Positions 42,485-53,683 of a stretch of 64,000 bases of DNA are shown here, piece after piece. Numbering within the stretch: the stretch's first letter is position 1; every line of letters begins with the position of its first letter. The DNA is from Alphaproteobacteria bacterium. GTDB taxonomy: Bacteria; Pseudomonadota; Alphaproteobacteria; MPNO01; UBA830. The notes under the pieces are model-generated. The model was not told where the DNA came from and did no database searches. It saw nothing but the letters and a program-made list of their open reading frames with translations. The position numbers were made by a program, and so were the translations under genes. The DNA is taken from assembly GCA_965243135.1 (NCBI GenBank), contig OZ251539.1:2176001-2240000 (forward strand). The letters run 5' to 3'.

Positions 42485-44133
42485 CAGAAATTCCCGCTAA
42501 GGTGGCCGCCCTTTGCGAAAGGCGCGTCGAGATAGCGTCGTTACCGAGGGACCAGCCGCCGCGACGCACCTTCCCCGCTTCGGCTTGGTGCCGACTTAGC
42601 CTTGACCATCCTGTTTCCCCTGAAAAACTTGCTTTAGCACATTCGGTCACGGTGCCAGGTCAGGAGGTGTCGTAGGGAATTCCCTCTGCTTTCCGGTATC
42701 CAAACGCGATCATTCGGTAGAGTGTTTCCCAGTCCTTCAAGAAGTATTCGAGAAACAATCCCCGCGCCTTTTCCCAGAAGTAAATGGGCCGCTTGGCCTT
42801 CGTTTGCGCCTGTTGGAACAGTTTGCAACATCGCTGTTGAATCTGGTCAATCAGGAACGCCAGCATCATCAGGAACGCAAAGACCGTCGACAGATTCTTG
42901 TTACCGTGACCGAAGTTGTGCTCAAAGCAGTAGCCTTGGTTCTTCAGGGTGTTGAAAGTTTCGTTCTCGATCTTCCAGCGCGCCCGCCCGGTGCGCATCA
43001 ACTCCATCAGGTTCCCTTCGTCAATTGGCAGATCCGTGACCCAGGAGAAACGTTGTTTCTTGCCGTTTGGGAGCTTCTCCCAGTATTCGAGAAAGTTCAC
43101 TTTGAGGTCGAAGTGCGTATCGTTCAGAGGCACTCCGTTAAGATACCGGAATTCGTGCCGTATGTTGTCACCGTCCGTGAACTCCCGGCGCTCCACGGAC
43201 GGCGCGTTGTTGACCCACTCGAACAGGAACTTGTGGTCGCCGGGCTTCGCCCCCAGTATGAAACGCATGTCTAACTCCTTGAGAAGATTGGCATGCGGTC
43301 CGTTCGAGGCCAGCCCATCTTCCAACACAACCAGCTTCAGGTGCGGGTGTTCGCGACGCACATCTTTCAGAAGCCGTTTCGCTGCGTTGCGTTCGCAATC
43401 GTTCTTTTTTGCGCCGTCTTCCTTCAGGATCGGTTCCGGTGCAAACGGAAAAACCTCCTTTTGTTCCGGATGCACCAGAACGGCTCCCAACATCTGGTGG
43501 TAGTAGGTAATCGTACCGTCGCGGTGGTGTTTCTCGCAGCAATTTTTACAGTGCACCTTGTCCGACGAGAAGTATCCCGTTCCATCGATCGAAAGAGCGT
43601 AATGCCCGTTCAGACAAGTGTATTCTTCCAATCCCTTGCCTCGTTGCAAAACCTGGAACATCTTCGTGAAACAACGCCGCAATTGCCGCGGACAGACTTC
43701 GTCAAGCCGTTCGCGCATCGCAGTGTCCGACGGCACGCGCTTGACGCCGTATAAGGTCGCGAGGTTGTGCCGAACCACTTCGTCGGCGTGCGCGGCCTCG
43801 TCGAATTGCAGAAGCGACGCATACTTCATACCGAACACCGCTAGACCCGACATCAGACAGTCCGTCTGGTTCAGCCCCCTGCTCGCGATCGGATCTTCGA
43901 TACGGTCGAAACAAGCTCGCACTTCCTTCAGCAATCCCGGAGCGCTGAGCGTCTTGCGCATGCCTGGCATTCTGGCCATTTTGGTTACAATCCCGCCTCG
44001 CCTTCGGACCACTTTCCAGAGAAAAATGCTCCGCTCGAAGGCAAATAGCCCCGAATCACCTCGAAAAGTCCACGAAAGACTTTTTTCCGGCCCCATATTT
44101 TTCAAGGGTTTCGAGCCTTAGCGGGAATTGCTG
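42485..44133 (-). mobile_element. ISNCY (ISMae2-group-like) insertion sequence, 1649 bp
   Basis: TIRs CAGAAATTCCCGCTAAGG / CCTTAGCGGGAATTGCTG (17/18 match); 9-bp TSD ACCGTGAAC (42476-84, 44134-42). Confidence 0.93.
42660..43979 (-). CDS. DDE transposase (intact)
   Basis: SIDGTGYFSS, KNDCERNAAKR, LEDGL, GRARWKIENETFNTLKNQGY.FEHNFGHG; ATG 43979. Confidence 0.93.
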   Translation of the reverse strand: MARMPGMRKTLSAPGLLKEVRACFDRIEDPIASRGLNQTDCLMSGLAVFGMKYASLLQFDEAAHADEVVRHNLATLYGVKRVPSDTAMRERLDEVCPRQLRRCFTKMFQVLQRGKGLEEYTCLNGHYALSIDGTGYFSSDKVHCKNCCEKHHRDGTITYYHQMLGAVLVHPEQKEVFPFAPEPILKEDGAKKNDCERNAAKRLLKDVRREHPHLKLVVLEDGLASNGPHANLLKELDMRFILGAKPGDHKFLFEWVNNAPSVERREFTDGDNIRHEFRYLNGVPLNDTHFDLKVNFLEYWEKLPNGKKQRFSWVTDLPIDEGNLMELMRTGRARWKIENETFNTLKNQGYCFEHNFGHGNKNLSTVFAFLMMLAFLIDQIQQRCCKLFQQAQTKAKRPIYFWEKARGLFLEYFLKDWETLYRMIAFGYRKAEGIPYDTS

Positions 44134-47100
44134 ACCGTGAACGGCCACTCCGAGCTGAAAGCGGAGTTCCTCCTCGTCGGAAATATGCGACCGATGGACC
44201 AGATCCACGTCGCAGACCGAAATGGTTCTCAAACGGCCGGCGCTCAATCCGGAGAGCTCCGTTCCGGCCTCGGTCTCCTTTACCGCCTGCCTTTCGGTCG
44301 ATACCTCGAAGACCGGCATGTCGACCCGTTCCTCGTCGACATTCAGATGGAAACGCCGCGGGACGAACCGGTGACCGTTCGCGTAAACGAGATTGCCCGG
44401 CACGTATTCCCGCAGCGCCAGACTCGGCGGCCGCGGCAACGCGAATTCCCCCACTCCGCTTTGCCAAAACGGGATCTCGGCCGTACCGAGGACCGAACCG
44501 ATCTCAAGCCCGTAACCGGGAAGGAATCCTTCCGCGGCGAGAACTCCAAAGGTGTAGGCATCCTCGTAGCCTTCGGCCTCGTGCCGCATGCGCCGCCTTG
44601 TCTCCTTGAGGCGTTTGACGAGGCGGTCGCAACGCCGGAACAGGGCATCGTCCTCGGGTTCAAGAGCGCCGCGCTTCTCGCGCAGAACGTTCAGCCGCCG
44701 GATCTGGGTCATGGCCCACGCCAGTCGCCGGCGCAATCGGGCGATTACGTTTTCGAGTTGGTCCACCATTCCGGCGACGTGGCCGCGCAACGCTTCCGGA
44801 CTCGTCACTTCCGCGTCGGCATCCGGCCAGTTGCGGGAAAACGCCTTCTCCATGTACGCGACAAGATCTTCGAGATCATGCTCGATCAATTTCCGCAGGG
44901 GCGATAAATCGAACGGCTCGGAACGGACGGCTTCGCCTTCGAACAGGTAGGCGCTTACCCGCGGCGGCAGGGCCTGGCCCAGCGCGGCCTCGATTCGCTC
45001 CCCGTCCGGGCGCGAGGGATCGTGCGCCCGTTGGTAAAGCCTGGTGATCGTTGCGGCGTGAACATGCTTGGCGACCATCAATTCGTTTCGCAGGTTGAAC
45101 GCGGGCGGGTCGACGCGGCCGGCCAGCATCTTGAGGGGCTCCGCGAAGTACGCGCGATCATGGGAAACGGAACGGCAATAGGCCAGGTCCACGGCCATGC
45201 GGTGACGCCGCCCGGCCCGTCCGGCCCGCTGCCAATAGTTGGCCGGGAGCGGGGGCACGTTGCGCATGAGCACCGCGTCGAGTTTGCCGATGTCCACGCC
45301 CAGTTCGAGCGTCGGCGTACAGACGAAGGCGTTGACGGCGTCCGATTCTCCCTTGAACAGGTTTTCGAGGCGTTCTCGCTCCTCGTTAGGGACCATCGCC
45401 GTGTGCTCCTCGGGGCGGAGCATCGAATAACCCTCGTCCAGAACCTGCAGGTCGTAGTTGTCCGGATCTTCCGGGACGAACTCGATTTCGCCTTCGCAGC
45501 GCCATGCGGGGCATTTCCGAAGGGGCGTTCGACGGACTGTGCGGCGCCGGCAACTCCTGCAACGCCAAACGCCCTGATTGCCGCGCAGGCGGAGCCGGTC
45601 CGCATCCACTTGGTAAACCCGGCTGACGCCCGACAGAGCTCTGCCCTTGGCTCCCTTGAGCCGAACGGGCTTGAGCACGCCGAACTCCGCGAGACAGCCG
45701 AACAACTCCTCAAGGAACTTTTCGGCGTTCTCCGGCAGTACGCCCCACTTCCTCGCCATCTGCCGGATCGTCGTATCGCCCCGGTCGCTGAACCACTGGG
45801 TCACGAGTTGAGGCTTTTCGTCGCGCTCGCGACGCAGCTTGGTCCCCGTGGGGTTGCCGAAGCGAGGCAGGTACCCCTGCTGTATCTCGAGGTCGCCTTC
45901 CAACCAATACCTGGAGAAAATCTCCTGTTCCGGGTCGTGCAGGACGCGCTTGCGGCGGAGGTAATCGAGCAGGCTGGCCACTCCTTCGCGGAATTCCTCG
46001 GGAGCGAGAGCCAATCGATCCGCCGTCGCCCGGGATAACGCGGCGGTCAGGCCCTCGTATTCGACCTTCATGCGCCCCCAGGGCTCGAGCCCCACCGGCT
46101 GACGGGCGGACTGGGTTACTTCGCGCAGCACCTGAATGCGCAGGAATTTTCGGCGTTCCTGCCCGTGCCTTCCGCCCCCGCCTTCCTTGCGGACGACCTG
46201 CCATACTTCGGGCACGAGCGCGCGCGACAGCGTTTCGTCCCGCTCCAGAACGTCGTCCATGTACAGGGCGAGGTCACCGACGGAAACCGGACCATCCTTC
46301 ATTCCCTCGGCCATCAGGGAACGCAAGCGGTAGCGGCGGGCGTGGTCCTTCATCCACCCCGCCTGGAAAGCGGCATCCTGCCGGTTGTCGCAAAAGACCA
46401 GCAGCCGGGGCCGTTCGGAGTGGTGCACCATGTCCTGGGCGAGAATGTGCACGTCGGCCACGTGAGTTGCGCGAACCGGCCGGGCCGGCTCCCGGTACCG
46501 CCCGTTGATCCTCCTTCCGGTCGCCCCGCATGAAAGACAACTTGAGAGGAAGCCCGGGTTGTCCTTGTTTTGCCGCACCGCGAACAATTCGACGCTTTCG
46601 CCCGTCCGTCCGCATCCGCGGCACCGGGTCACGGCGTCGGGATGAGCCGTTCCGCAGTGACGGCAAAAGTAAAGGGGGCTGGTGCGGGCGTGCCGGTCGA
46701 TGTCCTCGTCGGCGCTGCCCCCGACGATCCTGTCCGTCAGGACGACGCGGCGGCCGCCATGGGTTTCCTCCAGGGGCTTCCAGTAGGTCGCCTCGCCGAT
46801 CGCCTCGCCGCCGCCCGGCGCCTTGCCGTTGAATTCGAAGTCCTTGAGGAAGGCGACGAAATAGTGCTGACCGCAGGTGGTGCACGTCGTCACCGGAAAA
46901 TGCGCGTGCGCGTTCTCTTCGGCGGCCGCCTCGTCTTCCGCGGCCAGCCACAGCCTGGGGCCGTTGCCCTCCTCGGGAAAGCTCGCCACCGCTCCGCCGA
47001 TGCCCCTCACGAAGCCGTGCAGCACCGGACGAAGAAGCGGCCTGCCCGCCGCGCTCGCCGCCGCTCCGAGAGTCAGCCAGCAGAGGATCTCGGCTTCGTC

Positions 47101-48411
47101 CACGGACCGGCCGATAACGGGCTCGAGTTCCGGGGGCAGCTCGTTCAGCGCGCGCGGAGAAGCCAGCGCCTCGTTGAGCCGATAGACAAGTTCGTTGCCG
47201 GACAAGGCGGCGTACAGCGCGTCCTGCCAATTGCCGGCCGGAAGCGGCGCGCCGGACAGGTCTTCGAGCGCGCCGCCGACGGCCGTTCCCGGATCGGTCT
47301 CGTCGTCCACGGCGCGGACGCAACGGGCGAGGAGTTCGGCCGGGTCGAGCGCCGGAGCCGGCGGCAGAGAGCGGTCTTCCGTCCAGATCTCGGGTTCGTA
47401 GGACTCGTTCACCGTAACGACTTCGTCCTTCGGGACGCCGAAGAACCGCGCCGCGAAATCCCGCGCGGCGTCGGGACTGGACCGGTCCGCGATGGTCGCC
47501 GATGTCGCGACGCAGACCGTTTCGTTCGCCCCGCAAAAGGTTCTCAGCCGGCGGATCAGGCAGGCCGTCTCGGCCCCCTGGGCGCCGGTGAACGTGTGAG
47601 CTTCGTCGAAGACGAGGAAATCGAGGCGGGCGTCGGCGAACAGGCCGATATCCTGCTGCCGGGTCAGCAACAACTCCAGTTGCTTGACGTTGGTCAGGAG
47701 GACGCGGGGCTGCCGGCCCGGCGCGCGCATGATCTCGCGGGAGCAGACCTCCTCCGGCGGATAGACGGTTTCGCTGCGTTTTTCTTTCCTCACCCTGGCG
47801 AGCTCGGCCTCGTAATCGGCCTGCGACGCCCCGGCAGGCAGGCGGATGCCGGCCACCTGTCTCTCCTTTTCCGGCGTCTTGCCCACGTACATCCCGAACG
47901 GAATGCCCGTTCCGGCGAGAAGGGAGCGCAAACGGCCGAGCTGATCCTCGGCCAGGGCGTTCATCGGGTAGACGATCACCGCGCTGACGCCCGGAGCGGT
48001 TTCCCCGTCGCGCAAATCGAGGCACTTGCTGATGATCGGGTAGAGAAAGGACTCGGTCTTGCCCGAACCCGTTCCGGTGGACACCAGCGTCGTTTTTCCG
48101 GAGCGGATGGCCCGGACCGCCTCCTCCTGATGGCCGTACAGTCGGGAGATTTCCGCCGGAATTCGCTGGCGCATATGAGGATGGAATACTCCGTCGCGAA
48201 CCAGTTCGTCGATGGCGGCGCCGAGACGGAAGGAACGCGAGAGGCTGACATAGGGGCCCTTGAGCAGAGGCGAGTCGCGGGTCGAATCGAGGGAGAGCAG
48301 GCGATGCATCTGAGTGCGCATGTCCTCGTCGACGAAGGGGTAGGCCGTCAGCTGGTATCGCAGAAAACTGCGGACGACTTTTTCCGTAAAAACGACGGGG
48401 TTCAGGGCCAT
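44134..48411 (-). pseudogene. N-terminal part of large YprA/COG1205-type DEAD/DEAH helicase (IS-interrupted)
   Basis: LYGHQEEA, TGTGSGKT, YPMNALAEDQ, DEAH, ATSAT, TPTLELGVDIG, NYWQRAGRAGRR, several CxxC pairs. Confidence 0.92.
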
Positions 48412-49821
48412 GGGCGTTCCTAATCGAAAAGCGTTTTCCCGGCGCCCGTTCGGAAGGCTGGAGAGAAAGCTGCTTCTGCCGGAGCCGTCAGAGGATCTTT
48501 CTCACGCCCCGAGGTCATTGCGAGCAACTGCGCGTAGCCTTCCTCGCCCAACAGATTGCGGGCGTGCAAACGGCACTCCCTCCAGGACTCCTCGGGGTCC
48601 TGGCCGAGCTGCCAGTCGAAAAAGCGCGGACCGAGGCTATCTCCGACCTTCCGGACTTCCCTCGCGCGTTCGTCGCGGCCGAGACCGTAATCCGCCAGGC
48701 GCAGGGATTCGGGAAGCATCCAGCCGTCGCCGTCGTTTTGCCCGCAGAATGCGGCGATACCCTCGTCGACGTCTCCACGTTCGGAAATCTTCCCTTGGAG
48801 ATCGTCGAACGCTACGAGCGTCAGAACGGTGTGGCGCAGCTCGGGAGGCTGGTCCTTGTTGACTCGCCAGAATCCCTTCGCCGCCAATTCGTCGGCCTTC
48901 GACAGCCTGTCCGCTTCGCCGACGGGCAAGTCGCAATCCCGGAGAATGTAACGCAGATCCTCGACGGAAAGTCCGAAAAGCACCGCAACGATGGCGTCCA
49001 GCATGCAATTCAGCCTCAGTCTCTCGTGCGGCGTCGAAGCCCATTGCTCCCTCCAGGCGGAATCCCGCTCCCGCAGATAGATCCAGAGCGGCGAGAACAC
49101 CTCGTGATTCGCCGACATCCGGGCGACCAATCGCGTCAGAATTAACCTGGTTTCCGCCGTGAGCGTTCGCGAATCGAGCAACGGAAACTCCTCGACAACG
49201 GCATAGTTGAGATGAAGGTCTCCGATGCGCAACCGCGCCACGAAATCGAGGACGAACGAGCCCAGCTGGGCTTGAAGGGGCAAGACGTCGGGCATGTGGC
49301 CCGGCGCCAGGCACGGGGCGGCATGGACCGCCGGCGTCGGCGGAGTGAGTGCGCTGACCATCGTTCGCCGGTTAACCGCCTTCGAGATGTCCTTGAAAAG
49401 CAGTCGCGCCAACCAGGGCGGGCGGTCTTCGGTTCGGTCCCGGAAATCGAGTTCGCTCATCAAGTATTCCGGCTCTATGGTCTTCTTCGACGGATCGATC
49501 GGCTTCCATACTGCGCTCCGTCCCTTGCCCCGAACCCATCCCGAGCTGGAGAAATCGAACAGGCTGAACACCTTGGCGCCGTACACGGGCACCGCCGTTC
49601 CTTCGATCGCTTCTTCATCGATCCAGTGCTCGCCGTCTCGCGAGAAAACGATTCCTTCGGCATTATTCGCGCGTCCGGCGGGCATCGTGCCGGACAAAGC
49701 CTTCCAATTGCCCTTGATCCAGCGGTTGTACTCGTCGGGACGGTATCCCTCCTCCTCCCATTTTGGTCGCGGAGGGAAAAGTTTCGAGTCGCCAGTGGTA
49801 TCGAACTCCCTCGTATAACTT

Positions 49822-50063
49822 CAGACCTCCTGACATCGCGTAAATTCAATTTGCCAGCAGGGGGCCCTCGAACGCCAGTTTCAGCCCGGTGCCGAGGTAG
49901 GCATGGCCTTCGCGAGTGACCATGGCACAAAGTTCCCGAAGCGCCGTGTTGAAGCGGGATTGGGACACGGCGCTCTCCAGAAAGTGGTACATTCTAATTT
50001 ACGACGAACTGGGGAAAAATCAAGCAAAATCTTCCAGTTACGCATACCATGTCAGGAGGTCTG
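49822..50063. mobile_element. 242-bp MITE inside the methylase gene
   Basis: Perfect 15-bp TIR CAGACCTCCTGACAT / ATGTCAGGAGGTCTG; 5-bp TSD AACTT (49817-21, 50064-68); removal restores frame WNVSYTREFD. Confidence 0.92.
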
Positions 50064-52261
50064 AACTTACGTTCCAGCTTCCGGGACCATTTTCGCCGAG
50101 GAGCGCGGAATTTCCGTAGATCTTTTCGAGCAATTCCAGATCCCACGAGGACTCGATCTCCAGGATGGACTGCGAACGCGGAGAAAGGCGGTCTATCTGA
50201 TCCCGGGCGTAATCGGCGGCGCAAAGTTCCGGCCGCTCCCAATCCTCGAGGCGACGCCGCATGAACGCCGTCCGAACGGTTTGCGTCTTTCCGCCTTTTT
50301 CGGCGATGACTGCATTAAATTTCATAGCTCTGTGGATGTCGAAAATACCGTCGCGATTCTCGAAGCCGAATATCCATTCCCACTTCCAACGATTAAGGAA
50401 AAGCTGGCGAAGATCGCCGGTGCCATGGTCGGAGTAGAGGCCCGAGGGCACGATGAATCCGATGCGCCCTCCGTCCTTCAGCAAGGCATGCGCTTGCTCG
50501 AGGAACAGCTTGTACCGGTTGAGGTCGGCGGACCCTTGGTGCCGGAAGGGGCGTCCACCGCGAACGTAGCCCGCGCTCTTCGAACGGCTGCGCCGCCAGT
50601 GCGCATGCAATTCCCCGTTCCGAAGGCCCTTCACGATCGTAAAGCGCCTGTCGCTTTTCGCGTTCATGGAGGGGTCGCCGAAGGCGCTGTCGCGGTGCTT
50701 CACGAAGTTGGACAACGCACGAAAACCGGCGTTGTACGTCAACCATTCCCTTTCGATCACTTCGTCTTTTTTGAAATAGAGAGTTTGATACCGCAGCGCC
50801 TCCTGCTTGCCGTAGGAGGGATATAGCGGGTCTCTGTTCGAGAAGAATTCCCTGGAATACGGTTTCGCGGTATCCCACGGCGGATTGCCGAGCATGGCGT
50901 CGAAGCCGCTTTTTCCGTCCCGGAAAACGTCTGGGAACTCGATCTCCCAATGAAAAAATCGCTCGCGGGACGCTACCCGGGCGGCAATCTCCCAAGTCGC
51001 CTCCGGCGGATCGGCGAGCGTCGACGGAAGCGGCGCGGCGGCGAGTTCGTCAGCGGGCCAGAACCAGCAGGCGCACCAAAGGTCCATCGCCTTCGAGAGC
51101 GTGCGGTAGGCGTCGGAATCGAGGATGTCGTCGTGATATGCCCGGGCGCGCTCGTCCGTACGGTGGACGGGCAGGGCGTGAAGGTGGGTCAGCGTGTCGA
51201 GCGCGTTGTCGTGAACGGAAATCGCTTTTTCCTGCAGGTCTTCCGAAAACAGCGTGGGGCCCGACAGGAAGACTGCGAGATCGGGCGTCAGCTTGTCTTT
51301 CACGAACGCCTTTATGGCCCTGGCGCGCACATCTTTCTCGAAATGGACCCCGTTCGAATGGGTCTTGTCGCCGCCCTCCCGGTTTTTCCAGGCCATGACC
51401 GGATAGTGCTGAAACTGGTCGAACCACGCGCCGACGAGGCTGTTGCCGCACTTGATCTTGTGATCGAGGAAAGAAAATGGCAGCGCGCGATCCATGGTCT
51501 CGACCCAAAGCGCCAGCTTGCAAAGCTCGACGGCCAGCGGATCGAGATCGACGCCGTAGAGGCAACGCTCGACCACGTGCCTGCGGAGCACGGCCTTCAG
51601 CCGCGGTTCGAAGAGATCGTCGTCCGGCGGACAAGGCAGCAGTTCCTCGCAAAGGCCTTCGCCGACGTCGCCGGTCAACGGCCCGACAACGGAACTGTCT
51701 CCGCGGGGAGCGATCCTTCCATGGTGGTGGAGCGATGCGTACAGGGCTTCGGTCAGAAACCGCAACGCCGCCAGGGGGAACGAGCCGGAACCGCACGCCG
51801 GGTCGCAGATCTTCAAATCGAGGATTTCTTCCGGGAGCCTCGGAATCCACTCGTCGGTCGCGGCCGCCCCGGCGGCTACCGGTTCGTAAGCCAGCGGCAG
51901 AAGAGTGCGCTGCACGGTGGGAACCGCGAGGCCGGGCCGGGTATAGAACGAGCCGCTGCCCTTGCGCGTTCCGCCCCAGCGCACCAGATACCACTCGCCG
52001 GGCAAAACGACGCGAACGATCAGCTGACGGGCTTTTCGGAAAACGGTTTCTTCATACTGCAAACGCTTCTCGGGGGTCATCTTTCCGCGCGGTTTCCGGA
52101 CGAGGCCGCCGGCCCCGACTGCGCGAACGGCCCAGGCTTCGGCTCGCAGGCGGGCGTTGTGCCGCTCGTCGCCTTCCGGGATTTCCGCACTCTCGTTCGA
52201 CTCTTCCTCTGCTTCTCCTTCTACATCTTCCTCCTCGACCTGCGGTTCACCAAACGCCCTA

Positions 52262-52277
52262 CCCCCCCCCCCCCCCC
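52262..52277 (-). repeat. G16 homopolymer in methylase coding strand
   Basis: 16 C on + strand; G14 or G17 would restore the reading frame. Confidence 0.9.
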
Positions 52278-53683
52278 GTCATCGCTGGTATCCTTCAGGG
52301 CCTTCAACAGGTTGTTGAGCGCCGAATCGTCCATCTCCTCCAGCCGGCTGAGCGGCAGCGCGGGATGGTTCCCGACCGCGAGGAAAATGATCGGGTTGCC
52401 GGGCGGCGCGGTCCGCAACTCGAAATCGAGCAAGCCCTCGTAAAGGATGCCGATGTACTCGCTGGAGAGGTCGGAAAAATCCACCGGCGCCGGAATCCAG
52501 GTGCGCGACCAGCCTTGGCGAACCTTTATCCGCGTCCGCGTGATCCGCTCCAGAATGCGATGGACCTCGGCGTCGGCCATCACCTCCCGGTCGAAGCAGG
52601 CGGTCTCGAAAACCGAAAGCGCGCGGGAGAGCCCGTCGGAGGAATCGGGTTCGCCCGAGGCGAAAAGCGCGCCGCCGTAGGCTGGAACGGGCAAGTCCGG
52701 ATGGTGCGACCCGTCGCGAATCAGACGAAAGAGGGCGAGCACCCGCGGCCAGGCGCTCCACGACCGGGCGAGGCGGTTTCCGCCGCGAGCCGCGGTCTTT
52801 TCGAGGGACTCCAGCAAGCCGGTCAGGCCGTAGCCGCTGTGATAGAGGTCGTTGTCCCGCGGCAGCAAATCGCGCGATTCGGCAAAGAGCACGATCACCA
52901 TCCGCATGACGACGCGCACGGCGGCCCGATAGATCTCGGCCGGGTCGGCGCAGCGTTCTTTCAGGGCTTGTCCGTGGCTCCGCACGAGCGCCTCGACGGC
53001 TTCCCGGACGCGCTCGCCCAAGACCTGCGAGAGTTCCGCCTGTCCCTTGCGGCTGTCGAGAATCGCCTGGAGCAACGGGGCCGGGCCGTCGCTGCCGACC
53101 GGGATCCACGCGCCGGGGGACAGCAGAGTGCGCAGGGCCGCGACCTGGTCCGACAGCTTCCCCTCTTCGAACCACAGGTCCGCGTCCCATTCGCACCAGG
53201 CATCGAAATCGAGGCCGGCGAAAACGAGGCGCCACTGCCGGCCGTTGGTGACGACGGCCAGCTTCTCGCGCCCGCCCCGCAACCACTGGAGAACGCGGCT
53301 CGTCGCCCTGCGGCCGCGGCCGACGCCCACGCGTTTCTCGCGGTCGAGAAAGACGGGCAGAACGCCGCCCCGGTCGCCGGTCCACAGATGGTCGGGTTTG
53401 ATCCTCCCGCCGGCAACGGCGGCGCGGCCCTGCTCGGCGGGGACGCCGCTTCCCCGCCGCCAGCCGCTTGCAGTAAATCCGCAGACTCTCTCGAGCGCGA
53501 ACGCGACGAATTCCGGCGTTGACGCGCGGTCGTCGAGCATCACGGCGCTTCGCCGGCGCAATTCGCTCTCGACGGCCGGCGGCAGGGCGTCCGGCGCGAA
53601 ACGCGCGATCTCCTGAAGCCTTTGAGGATCGAGAAGCAGGCCCCCGTGGCGCAGCCGTTCCCAACCTGGCAATTCCGTCCGGT

